The position numbers were made by a program, and so were the translations under genes. From positions 1 to 53,546 of the IMG/VR virus record IMGVR_UViG_3300045999_001420: a stretch of 53,546 nucleotides of DNA; one strand, 5' to 3'. This document shows, in pieces, positions 35,298-44,330 of this stretch (the first letter of the stretch is position 1; each line of letters begins with the position of its first letter). The DNA is from a virus. Taxonomy: Duplodnaviria > Caudoviricetes. The notes below the pieces were generated by a model that worked only from the letters and a program-made list of their open reading frames with translations, made no database searches and had not been told where the DNA came from.

Positions 35298-35413
35298 TAG
35301 TGGCCCGTATCGTGGAGCCTTACGGCATCGCGCCCCCCAAAGGAAGAAATGAAGGCCTTAGCTGGTGCTGTTATATCTACCGACCTGCACCTGCGGCGAG
35401 TAGCCCGAAATGA

Positions 35414-35830
35414 CTAGCGGGCTACCTTGTTGGCGTAACGGGCTGCTGCCTTAGAAACCTTGCGCCCATAGGCTACGCTAATACCTTGGTTGTGACAAGC
35501 AGCAGCACGCCACAGGTTGCGGGTCTTCTTCCAACAGAGCGCCAGATGCTTCATGCCCGCATCAGTCTGGGTCGCACAGGATGCTGCCCGGATGTTCTTA
35601 TACCCAAGCGCACGCGCTGTGGATGGCAGGATTTGCAGTGGGCCTTTCTCCCCGGCAGCGCCAGTGCGTCCGCACTGCACGCCGCTCTCGACCTTGGCGA
35701 CACGAAGGGCAAAATGCACGGGCACCCCGTGGCGCTTCGCAGAACTAATCACCAGTGGCTTCGCATCAGCAAACACCATAGTGGTGGAAAGCACGAGGGC
35801 CACACCTGTGGCAGCGATAAACTTCTTCAT
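35414..35830 (-). CDS. secreted SLT-family lytic transglycosylase
   Basis: Signal peptide; VESG catalytic Glu, GPLQI.P.TAR and HNQG. Confidence 0.85.
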   Translation of the reverse strand: MKKFIAATGVALVLSTTMVFADAKPLVISSAKRHGVPVHFALRVAKVESGVQCGRTGAAGEKGPLQILPSTARALGYKNIRAASCATQTDAGMKHLALCWKKTRNLWRAAACHNQGISVAYGRKVSKAAARYANKVAR

Positions 35831-35840
35831 GCACTATCTC

Positions 35841-38714
35841 CTATACAACGACCTGAAGCTGGTTCAGGGTCATGTTATCAATGGCATTGTCGGCGTCATC
35901 GAGAATGCTACGCAACCTGTCGTGGTTAAGGTTGATACCAAGAACGTATATCTGACCGGGCTTGACGGGACAGTCCTTACCGATTGAAAACTTCTCCGAT
36001 TTAGGTGTGGCATTTATGCCACTCAAAGTGAAGGTCTTGACGATGGCGTTGTAATCACCGTGGTTCGTGTTGACCCACTGCTTAAAATGTTTCCTGTCTA
36101 TCATCATCGTACCACTGGTGAACGGCTCACTCGCCGCCTTGCGATACGCATCGATGCGCACCCGGATACCGTTACGAGGGATGCGGCTCTGGTCTGTCAG
36201 CGCCTTCGGATTACCAAGTGTGTGCATGACGGTGACCGTCTCGCTGGAAGTATCGTTGAGATATGCAGCCAGCATATCGAAGGCGTCCATCTGGTTGGAC
36301 TTGACCGTGTCGCGCAGCAGGCCAATCTGACTGAGGATAGCACGTGTGCATTTTTCATAGTCGTACTGGATCAGATTAAGTTTGCTGGCAAGCTCGTTGC
36401 CCAGATCAGCGTTTACGATACCCTGCTCCCAGAAGCGTTCTTGACCGGAGAACCTCACATCGTACTTCTGGAAAAACCGGATGCGGTGATCTTCGATCAT
36501 CGCCCTGACGCCGTCCTCGCCAAGCTCCACGAGATGCTTGAGCAGCACTTCACCGGCCAAACCGTGGTTGTTGCTGAGTGTGTCGAATATCTTTTTGCCA
36601 GCGTTAGAACTGTCGCTGAACATAGGCACAGCGTGCATGTTGATCTCCAGCAGTCGGGCAAGCTGCGCGTCCGTATCCATACCAGAGGACATCATCTTGG
36701 AACCCAGTGACCTGTTGGATGAGGTCACGCATGGTAGGCCCCACGTCTTGGCGTCCTTCTCCTCGGCGTTCTTGTTGAGGCGGGCCTTGTCCTTGCCCTG
36801 AGTAACCCAATAGCAGAAGTCACCGACCTCCTTGTCGGGCATCATGGTCGCTTCATCGATAGTGATGGGTAGGTTGTTATAGAACCCGAAGCGGGAGAAC
36901 ACGGCGTTCTGTGTATACTTTGCTGCGAAGTGCAGCTTGTCTGGGATACCGTAGATCGACTGCATCCAAAGCTGAGCGATGGACTTGCCCGATCCTGTCG
37001 GGCCGCAGAGGCTGATCACCACGCCACGAAGCCCACTGAACTGGTACAGTGGTGCAGAGAACGCCACGCCAAGGGCGAAGCCGTGAACGGGCAGATTGCC
37101 ACGCTCGATGATGGAGGTAAGCAGGGACCAGTCGCGGAGGCTACCCTTTACATCGAACAACTTCTCGCCAAGCTTCTGAGATGTGGCGGCGAGGTTGATG
37201 TTCTCAACCACTGCGGAACCACTGTCGTCGCGCTTGATGATCCGGTCACCGATCAGGAACTGGGTATTGTTCTCCTTCCAGCCCATGGTGGAGTAGAGAT
37301 TTGTCACCGCCTTGATCTTGCGGAGTTCGTCCATGTATGAGCGTAGCATTGTTTGAAAACTCAGCGTTTGGTTCTTGCTGGCAAGAACGATCCCTTGGTC
37401 TGCGATAGCTGTTGCAAATTCCCGGTTCTCTGCGGCGAGGAAGGCTTGTCGGAAGCGGAGTTCCTTCCACCCTGAGTGCGGGCGGTTCCAGTGGTAGCGC
37501 ACTACCTCGTAGCCCAGTGTCTCGTCGTAGCCATAACCTACTGGATATAGGTCGAACTTGCACACGTCGATGTCCGTGCCGTCCGTGACTTGTTTGATAC
37601 CATCCGCCGTGCGCTTGAACGGCTTGGGAATTTGGACTTGGAACGCCACCTGATCTGGTGCGGTCTGCTCGACGGTGACCTCTTCCCGCTGCAAGCCCAG
37701 CCGTGCTGGTGACCCGATGCGTCCGTTGAAGCGGCACGACTTGCAGATATCCGGGCGTTCACTGTCGAACTTGGCGCAGGTAGTAGGACCCGTGGCGGCG
37801 TTCTTCCAATGGTCCACCTTGCGGATGGTCTCGTCTTCGCTGAAGTTGGGGTGGTCCTTCGACCACGCGATAGCTGTATCCTCTGGGGCTTCGCAGAAGG
37901 CAGCGATGCCGATCACCCCATACCACATGGGTTCACTGACATCCTTCTGGTTGTTAACTGCCCAGTTAACCTGAGCGCACTTGGAAACAATGACATCCGG
38001 TTTAGCTGGAGGGTAGTCTTGTCTTACTGCTAACTTATCAATCAGAGTAGTCTTGTTGTTAGTAGGACTAACAAAACCACGGCTAGGTCTAGGAACAACA
38101 GGACCGCCGAACTTATTGAGGCATTGCCGCAGTGCTTCCGCAGTGGTCGGCTCGGCGTTGATCATCACCTTGACTTCGTTGCCGCCCTTGGGATTGATCG
38201 TTCCTGTGGGGCGTAGAACTCGGGCTGCGTCAGCAGGCACCGATGGATCGACCTTGAAGCTGTGCGCTCGACACGCCGCCTTGAGGCTCTCAGCCAGCGG
38301 CTTCCATTCGGATATCGGGAGGTCTTCTTCCAGTACCCAATAGACGTGCCAGCCGTTGCCTGACGATACCACCATGGGCTTGGGTAACCCGGTGTCCTTG
38401 ACGAACTGGCCCAGCGCCAGCAGACCGTCCTTCTTGGTGGCGTACTTCTTTGGAGTATCTTCTCCACAGTCAATGTCGAGAAACAAAGCCTTAAGAGCCG
38501 ACACTGCGGTGGCCTTGCGGGTGCCGCTCTCGCTGAACGATGCGACTGCGTAATAGACGTTGTGCCCTTTGTCGCTCAGCGCGTTTGCAAAACTGGCGAG
38601 TTGTTCGATGTTGTCGAAGCTGCGCTGCTTCGGTGCCGATCCGCTGTCGATGACGGTTACGACATACCATCCTGTGGACGGCAGAACGTGCCGCAAGAAA
38701 TCCAGCGTGTTCAT
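35841..38714 (-). CDS. primase-helicase (AEP/RepB-like primase plus DUF927-like helicase)
   Basis: FLDID, SSGNGWHVYW, RVLRPTGT; Cys cluster; Walker A GPTGSGKS and Walker B ITIDE. Confidence 0.88.
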   Translation of the reverse strand: MNTLDFLRHVLPSTGWYVVTVIDSGSAPKQRSFDNIEQLASFANALSDKGHNVYYAVASFSESGTRKATAVSALKALFLDIDCGEDTPKKYATKKDGLLALGQFVKDTGLPKPMVVSSGNGWHVYWVLEEDLPISEWKPLAESLKAACRAHSFKVDPSVPADAARVLRPTGTINPKGGNEVKVMINAEPTTAEALRQCLNKFGGPVVPRPSRGFVSPTNNKTTLIDKLAVRQDYPPAKPDVIVSKCAQVNWAVNNQKDVSEPMWYGVIGIAAFCEAPEDTAIAWSKDHPNFSEDETIRKVDHWKNAATGPTTCAKFDSERPDICKSCRFNGRIGSPARLGLQREEVTVEQTAPDQVAFQVQIPKPFKRTADGIKQVTDGTDIDVCKFDLYPVGYGYDETLGYEVVRYHWNRPHSGWKELRFRQAFLAAENREFATAIADQGIVLASKNQTLSFQTMLRSYMDELRKIKAVTNLYSTMGWKENNTQFLIGDRIIKRDDSGSAVVENINLAATSQKLGEKLFDVKGSLRDWSLLTSIIERGNLPVHGFALGVAFSAPLYQFSGLRGVVISLCGPTGSGKSIAQLWMQSIYGIPDKLHFAAKYTQNAVFSRFGFYNNLPITIDEATMMPDKEVGDFCYWVTQGKDKARLNKNAEEKDAKTWGLPCVTSSNRSLGSKMMSSGMDTDAQLARLLEINMHAVPMFSDSSNAGKKIFDTLSNNHGLAGEVLLKHLVELGEDGVRAMIEDHRIRFFQKYDVRFSGQERFWEQGIVNADLGNELASKLNLIQYDYEKCTRAILSQIGLLRDTVKSNQMDAFDMLAAYLNDTSSETVTVMHTLGNPKALTDQSRIPRNGIRVRIDAYRKAASEPFTSGTMMIDRKHFKQWVNTNHGDYNAIVKTFTLSGINATPKSEKFSIGKDCPVKPGQIYVLGINLNHDRLRSILDDADNAIDNMTLNQLQVVV

Positions 38715-38776
38715 ATTATCTCCTACACTTGAGGGAGGAACGGGGGCCGCAGCCCCCGTGGATTTGTGATGCTATC

Positions 38777-39052
38777 TTAGCCGACCAGCGTAAGCAACCG
38801 TTCGCGCCGCACTGTTGGACCTGCTGAGACAACCTCCTCGAACCAGAGTTTATCTTTCAATAGGTCCAGAAGTATCCGCACGACCTTACGCACCCTCCGT
38901 GCGTGTGTGTCTCGCATGTTCTTACCGCGTACCCAGTTGTAGTAGGTCATGCGGGAGACGGACATGGCCGAAGCCATGTCCTCCACACTTAATCCCAGAC
39001 GCTGCCGAAGAACCTCTACCTTGGAGAAGTCAATCGGATTAGGCGTCGTCAT
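38777..39052 (-). CDS. XRE-type HTH regulator
   Basis: LRQRLGLSVEDMASAMSVSRMTYYNW. Confidence 0.8.
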   Translation of the reverse strand: MTTPNPIDFSKVEVLRQRLGLSVEDMASAMSVSRMTYYNWVRGKNMRDTHARRVRKVVRILLDLLKDKLWFEEVVSAGPTVRRERLLTLVG

Positions 39053-40010
39053 TCGGCGCATCCAGCAACATGGCAGCGATCTCATCCTCAAGGCTGGACG
39101 ATGCTACCTCGACGGGCTGGGGCTTGGCCTTCGGCGCAGCCGCCTTGGGAGCAGCGGCCTTGGGGGCGGGAGCAGCCTCAGTCTTGGCACCGAACCCACG
39201 CTTGGGGGCCGGGGCCTCCTCTTCCTCGACCGGCGCGGGGGCGGGAGCAGCCTTCACCAACTGGGGCTTGGGCTTCTCGGGCGCTGCGATCTGCGTCGGG
39301 GCGCTCTTCACCTTTTCTCCTGTCATCTCAGGAATAGAGGGGTTGGTGAGCACTTCGTCCACGGCAGCGATCTCTTCCTCATTCAACCAGCCGCCGAACC
39401 CGAACTTGATCTTCGGGAACGAAGCATTGGTGTCGAAGCCAATGCGGGTGCGCACCAGTTCCGGGGCGATGCCACGGTGGGACAGGTCCTTCTGGTACTG
39501 GTTGAGGTCCTTCAGCGCCGCCGGGGTGACGAGCATCAGGTAGATCGGACCAGACGGATCGTCAGCAGATACCACGGCGATGCGCTTGCTGTCGCTGCAC
39601 GCCTTGAGGTCCTGACCCTGCGGCCCCTTCTTGGAACCCCATGCGTTGTGCGGGCAGGTAGCGCAGAGGTCGTTCTGCGGTGCGGTCGCGTTGCTGTCCG
39701 GTGCCACACCATCCATGGAGGAGCAGTCGGGCGCGGTCACCTCCGCATTGGGGTCCCACGGCTTTGCGTAGAAGGTCTTGGACAGGCGCGGGTTGGAGCC
39801 GACGATCACCACGTCAATGGTGGTGGACTGAAGAACAGTCTCGGCATCGCCTTCCTTGATGCGGAAGCGGCCACCCTTGATAGAAATGCGCGGCCATGTT
39901 TCTCCGTTAGAGATACCACCCACAAGCTTCTCTGCCAGAGCAGAGGGCTTGCCGATGCGGTTCGCAAGATGCGCCGGAACCTTAGCGTCGAGGGACACGA
40001 TGTTGCTCAT
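39039..40010 (-). CDS. probable ssDNA-binding protein
   Basis: PRISIKGGRF, CxxC...KAC, low-complexity linker and acidic tail; lies in the replication module. Confidence 0.65.
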   Translation of the reverse strand: MSNIVSLDAKVPAHLANRIGKPSALAEKLVGGISNGETWPRISIKGGRFRIKEGDAETVLQSTTIDVVIVGSNPRLSKTFYAKPWDPNAEVTAPDCSSMDGVAPDSNATAPQNDLCATCPHNAWGSKKGPQGQDLKACSDSKRIAVVSADDPSGPIYLMLVTPAALKDLNQYQKDLSHRGIAPELVRTRIGFDTNASFPKIKFGFGGWLNEEEIAAVDEVLTNPSIPEMTGEKVKSAPTQIAAPEKPKPQLVKAAPAPAPVEEEEAPAPKRGFGAKTEAAPAPKAAAPKAAAPKAKPQPVEVASSSLEDEIAAMLLDAPNDDA

Positions 40011-40032
40011 GGTTTTCTCCTGTTATGAGCGG

Positions 40033-40332
40033 TTAGATTTTAGTGACGAACGAACCAGCGGTGATACCACTGGTATTCAAGACTTCCGGGGTAATGCCCA
40101 TCTTCTGAAGGGCTTCACTGTTGATGATCTGCCGTGCCACGTCGATGGGTGTGTTGCAGTAGACGATGCGGGCGCTATCGGCATACGTACTTTTGGTGTC
40201 ACGCTTGTGGATAAGATACCCGTTCTCAATCTTGTAGATTTGTATCATAGGCGGGCCAGCACTTTCGACCGCTGGGGCAAGACGATCCTCATCCGCGATG
40301 CGCTTGATCCACCTCTTCAGTCGGCTGATCAT
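40033..40332 (-). CDS. hypothetical protein
   Basis: Coupled ORF; IYKIENGYLI motif. Confidence 0.7.
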   Translation of the reverse strand: MISRLKRWIKRIADEDRLAPAVESAGPPMIQIYKIENGYLIHKRDTKSTYADSARIVYCNTPIDVARQIINSEALQKMGITPEVLNTSGITAGSFVTKI

Positions 40333-40730
40333 GCTGCTTCCACCTTCTTCGTGGGCTTGCGCACGTTGACTTCCAGACGGGTGCCGTACAGCACGCCGCT
40401 CGGTACGCTCTTGGTGGAGTCGATGTACCCACGCACAGCGGTCTTGCTGACGCGCTTCTCGAAGATGTCGAAGGCATCGTTATCCTTGACAAACTTCAGG
40501 ACTGCATCCCAGTCTTCCACGCTGGCGTAATCAACCGTGGTCAGGAAGGCCGTACCGTGGTTGGTCTTGAAAGATGTTACGCCTTGCTCGTCGGCCTTGT
40601 TCTTGATCCACGCTTCGAGCTTGTCCAGCTTGGCGTCGATCTTGCTAACCTCTTCGTCAAGCTTGGCGCGGATGGCGCTCTTCTCATTGCGGAGCCGCAC
40701 GTATAGTGCGACGATGTCGTCTACTGTCAT
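40329..40730 (-). CDS. coiled-coil replication-module protein
   Basis: Start MTVDD after AAGG; DWD...F.KRV...VPSG pattern typical of this gene slot. Confidence 0.7.
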   Translation of the reverse strand: MTVDDIVALYVRLRNEKSAIRAKLDEEVSKIDAKLDKLEAWIKNKADEQGVTSFKTNHGTAFLTTVDYASVEDWDAVLKFVKDNDAFDIFEKRVSKTAVRGYIDSTKSVPSGVLYGTRLEVNVRKPTKKVEAA

Positions 40731-40737
40731 AGTTGTT

Positions 40738-42288
40738 TTACCTTGTGGTATCCTGTTGGATGAGATCGAGAAGCAGCCCTTGGAGCTTCTGCTTGCTCTG
40801 GAGACGGTGATACATTTTGTACTCCAAGTCCGTAGCCTCGATGTGAACCACGTTGGATGCGTGCTTCTTACCGATGCGTTCGACACGCCCGTTAGCTTGG
40901 ACGTATTGTTCGTTGCTCGTGATGGGTCCGTACCACACGATGGTTGATGCCGATGTCAGCGTAAGCCCGTGTGCCATGGTGGCAGGGTGGGCGATCAGCA
41001 CCTTCGGGTGCGGAGCGTGCTGAAAGTTCTGGAAGATTTCGTTGCGCTTATTGCTGCTAACTTCTCCGTTGACCACGCCGACCGTCCAGTGCTTGGACAG
41101 TTCGCGCTCCAGCATGTTGAGCGTACCCGTCAGCGGTACGAAGACGATGATCTTCCCGCCAGCTTCCTCGATAACTTCCTTCACCGCATTGACGCGCGGT
41201 GCGCAGTCGAGTTCGATGTGCTGACCGTCTTCACCATAGGCTACGCCACAGGATATCTGGATCAGCTTCTGCATCTTGACGGCTTCATTGACGGCAGTGA
41301 TCGCACCATCTTCTGCCTCAGTTATCAGATGCTTGATCATTTTGTCGTAGTGCTTGCGCTGATCCGGTGTGAGGTCCACCTGCCGGGTTTGGAACACAGT
41401 CTCTGGTAGATCGAAGCACTCATCACGGGTGTAGCGTATTGCAGGATGCAATACATGCCGAACGATCTCCACGCTCTCAGGCCGGGGAACCCATGTGTAC
41501 TGCTTGAGCTTGTACATAACTTGTTCGCGGAAGGCCGTGTAAGTCTTAGGGATAAACGGGCTGTCCACGAGGCGGGCCAAGGCCCACGCATCTGTTGGTT
41601 CATTGGGCGTAGGCGTTCCGGTCATCAGCCACAGCCGTGCTTGCGGGTTGCGGGCCATCCAGTTACGGACTTCCTTGAACCGCCTTGTGCTGGGATTACG
41701 CAGCACAGCAGCTTCGTCCACGATGAGCAGATCGAACATGCCATGGCACTCGTCAGCGATGATACCGAACCCGTCATGGTTGATGATGTAGAAGTCAGCA
41801 TCAGTCTTGAGTAGCTTCCTGCGCTTCTCGGCAGACCCGTGGAGCACCACGCTCTTGCGTCCAACAAAGTTGGTGAAGACGGCGTCATCCCACACGCGCT
41901 TCAGCGTTGACAGGGGCGACATGATAAGCACCTTCTTCACGGCACCCGTCTCGATAAGATAGTCAGCCGCCCACAGTGCGCTCTGCGTCTTGCCTGTGCC
42001 GATGTCGTTCAGCACCAGTGCCTTCTTGTTGAGCGTCAGGAACCCAGCCGTTTGCTTCTGGTGTTCGTACGGCTTGAACCGCCCCTGCCATTCATAGAAG
42101 TGCATGATGGGAGAAGGGACATCGAAGCCCAGAGACTGCAACACCGTCGCCTCTTCGAGCCGCAGCGGAACCACGACCGCTTCGCTACCCTTGATGGTGA
42201 CTTGCTTCGCCGATGGAAGGGTTTCGAGTACCCGGTTTGGGTTACTCAGTTTGAGGAGCAGCGCCCTCGCGTTTGGTAGTACCAGCAT
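40738..42288 (-). CDS. SNF2-like SF2 helicase
   Basis: GTGKT, VDEA, TGTP, HGLTL and QANGRVERIG. Confidence 0.9.
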   Translation of the reverse strand: MLVLPNARALLLKLSNPNRVLETLPSAKQVTIKGSEAVVVPLRLEEATVLQSLGFDVPSPIMHFYEWQGRFKPYEHQKQTAGFLTLNKKALVLNDIGTGKTQSALWAADYLIETGAVKKVLIMSPLSTLKRVWDDAVFTNFVGRKSVVLHGSAEKRRKLLKTDADFYIINHDGFGIIADECHGMFDLLIVDEAAVLRNPSTRRFKEVRNWMARNPQARLWLMTGTPTPNEPTDAWALARLVDSPFIPKTYTAFREQVMYKLKQYTWVPRPESVEIVRHVLHPAIRYTRDECFDLPETVFQTRQVDLTPDQRKHYDKMIKHLITEAEDGAITAVNEAVKMQKLIQISCGVAYGEDGQHIELDCAPRVNAVKEVIEEAGGKIIVFVPLTGTLNMLERELSKHWTVGVVNGEVSSNKRNEIFQNFQHAPHPKVLIAHPATMAHGLTLTSASTIVWYGPITSNEQYVQANGRVERIGKKHASNVVHIEATDLEYKMYHRLQSKQKLQGLLLDLIQQDTTR

Positions 42289-42568
42289 TGATATAATCTT
42301 CCAACAGTTTCAATGTTTCAACGTCGAACACTACAAAGCACTTGCCACCAGCAGCTTCGATCTGCGCCATGCAATGGCGCTGTAACTGGGTAGGCTTCTT
42401 GGTCCTGTCGGCTTTGACTTCGATACCAACGAATTGGCCTCGCACAATCGCCACCCGATCAGGGATACCAGCACGTCCATAGGGTCCAGCTTGTGGGCTG
42501 TAGAACCAAATCTTGTGCTGATGAAGAAGCTTGTCTACCTTCGCTTTGACCTTGGCCTCTGGTGTCAT
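42242..42568 (-). CDS. VRR-NUC nuclease (resolvase-like)
   Basis: TPEAKVK, GIPD, IEVKA and PTQLQ. Confidence 0.88.
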   Translation of the reverse strand: MTPEAKVKAKVDKLLHQHKIWFYSPQAGPYGRAGIPDRVAIVRGQFVGIEVKADRTKKPTQLQRHCMAQIEAAGGKCFVVFDVETLKLLEDYINAGTTKREGAAPQTE

Positions 42569-42569
42569 G

Positions 42570-42598
42570 AACGTAGTCCCGGTTTACAGCATTGTCAA
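42570..42598 (-). promoter_or_regulatory. putative promoter TTGACA-N17-TACGTT
   Basis: Same hexamers and spacing as 2767-2795; intergenic. Confidence 0.5.
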
Positions 42599-42600
42599 GT

Positions 42601-43260
42601 TCACTGTGCGTAGTCACACAGGTGCCGCGCAGGGCAGAAGCGGCACAGACCACTGGGGCGGGCAGGCCAAACCTCTGTTTCTACTGACTTTTCTATGCGC
42701 TTAATCTGTGTAAGGAGTTTCTCCCACAGTGCTGCGGCGTCCTGTCGCATGTAGACCTCACGGTCCATGGCCTTGTCCTTGAGCCAAACAAATCCTACGG
42801 AGACGCGCTCGACTTCCGGGTAGTGCGTGAAGATTTGCAGTGCGTACAACTCAAGCTGATCGAAGTCGGGCTTGCGCTTGCCGGTCTTCCAGTCGAGTAC
42901 TTTTGCCTGCTTCTGGTTTACTACCAGCACGTCGATCTTGGTGCGCAGCCAAGCGTCCTTGTCGAACCAACCTGTGGGCTTAAGCTCTGCGTTCAGCGTA
43001 AGCTCCTGTTCCACCAGCAGTTCACCCTCACCAAGGCTCTTAACGATGGCAGAGGTCAGCGGCTCGTAGTGCGCCGCCTCCTGCGGTAGATCGGTGTTGG
43101 TCTTGAGGCGGTCCTCCAAGAACTTGTGGATGCGCTCACCATGGTGGGTCGCCTCGCTGCCGGGATCAGTGACAGCCTTCCTGACCCGCTGGTGGTAGTA
43201 TCGCAGCGGGCAGTTCATGTACATCTTGATCGATGAGTATGAGTGGGTGAGCTTAGTCAT
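42601..43260 (-). CDS. PD-(D/E)XK (Cas4/RecB-like) exonuclease
   Basis: SYSS, CP, G..IH, KIDV, DWKTG, QL.LYA and CRFCP...C. Confidence 0.88.
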   Translation of the reverse strand: MTKLTHSYSSIKMYMNCPLRYYHQRVRKAVTDPGSEATHHGERIHKFLEDRLKTNTDLPQEAAHYEPLTSAIVKSLGEGELLVEQELTLNAELKPTGWFDKDAWLRTKIDVLVVNQKQAKVLDWKTGKRKPDFDQLELYALQIFTHYPEVERVSVGFVWLKDKAMDREVYMRQDAAALWEKLLTQIKRIEKSVETEVWPARPSGLCRFCPARHLCDYAQ

Positions 43261-43679
43261 CGTACATTTACTCCTGCTTCCTTGAACATAATAGCAGCAA
43301 CCTCAAACTCCTCGTCGGGCATCGAGGTCTTGCCGTTACCGATCACAACCCTTGTGACCCCCGCTTGGATGAGCGACCGCGCACAGCGCGAACAGGGGTG
43401 ATGGGTGACGAAGGCAGTGCCGCCCTTGAGCTTGGCCCCTACCCGTGCAGACTGAGCGACGGCGTTCTCTTCGGCATGGCTAGTCCAAAGATACTTGGCA
43501 GGGCGCTCCATGCGCTCGCTTATGTCTTGAACGCCGCGCGGCAGTCCGTTGTACCCGGTTGCCACCACGATCTTGTCTTCGCTCACCACGACACAGCCGA
43601 CCTTGGTGCTCGGGTCCTTCGACCTCTGCGCAACCAGTATCGCCATGTCCATGAAGTGCTCATCCCACGAACGACGCAT
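43257..43679 (-). CDS. dCMP deaminase
   Basis: RSKDPSTKVG, GYNG, HAEENA and PCSRC. Confidence 0.92.
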   Translation of the reverse strand: MRRSWDEHFMDMAILVAQRSKDPSTKVGCVVVSEDKIVVATGYNGLPRGVQDISERMERPAKYLWTSHAEENAVAQSARVGAKLKGGTAFVTHHPCSRCARSLIQAGVTRVVIGNGKTSMPDEEFEVAAIMFKEAGVNVR

Positions 43680-43876
43680 CACACGATCTCCATACACATG
43701 GCCGGGATTTCCATCACAGCCTTGGCTTCACCCTGAGTGCGGAGTTCAGACAGGCAACTCTCGACGCATTCGGTAATGTCTGAGAGGGAGACGCCGGGTT
43801 CGAGTACGAACGTGGCCGTGACTGTCACGGTGATGAGGTCACCTGTGCGTCCCGCTGGCAATGTCTTCTTGGTCAT
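43679..43876 (-). CDS. hypothetical protein
   Basis: Coupled ORF. Confidence 0.6.
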   Translation of the reverse strand: MTKKTLPAGRTGDLITVTVTATFVLEPGVSLSDITECVESCLSELRTQGEAKAVMEIPAMCMEIV

Positions 43877-44145
43877 CTGCTTTCCTTTGCTTGATTGTAG
43901 GCTTGGATTAGAAGTTCTCTGGCGACTACTGCTGGTGCTTTATCCTGTCTAGCAGCTTCGTCCATGATCCACGAGACGATGCTTGCGGGAAGCGGCGGCG
44001 AGATGGTCTGGTTCCAACTGAGTGCCCGCCTGATCGCCATCGATACGTTGGGCTTGCTACACCCAAGCTGCTTGGCGATCTCGGTGACCGTGGTGCCAGC
44101 CTCGTAGAGTCTGACGATTTCATTGCGGAGGGACTGGCGCTTCAC
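43873..44145 (-). CDS. HTH protein
   Basis: GTG start; IVRLYEAGTTVTEIAKQLGCS. Confidence 0.7.
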   Translation of the reverse strand: MKRQSLRNEIVRLYEAGTTVTEIAKQLGCSKPNVSMAIRRALSWNQTISPPLPASIVSWIMDEAARQDKAPAVVARELLIQAYNQAKESR

Positions 44146-44330
44146 GATGCGGTCTCCTTCCATGCGTCCATGCAACTATCAGCGGAGTTGTGATAACCCG
44201 CCACTCTGAGTGCGCCAGCGGCAATGAGTACTATCTCCCGCAGCTTCTTCACGTCTTTCTCTGACTTTTGAAGCTGTTTGGAAAGAACCCTGTTAACAAC
44301 TTGCAGCGCCTCGACTTTGTTCTCACTCAC
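44142..44330 (-). CDS. hypothetical coiled-coil protein
   Basis: GTGA coupling to the polA stop. Confidence 0.55.
   Translation of the reverse strand: MSENKVEALQVVNRVLSKQLQKSEKDVKKLREIVLIAAGALRVAGYHNSADSCMDAWKETAS

Noticed and set aside
35364-35403. Minimal HDV-like (theta) ribozyme on the plus strand
   Set aside because: P1- and P2-like pairings exist, but only 6 nt remain for P3-L3-P3', which is too short, and no tRNA is adjacent
40206-40214. Perfect DnaA box (TGTGGATAA)
   Set aside because: Single copy inside a CDS; one 9-mer in 53 kb is compatible with chance
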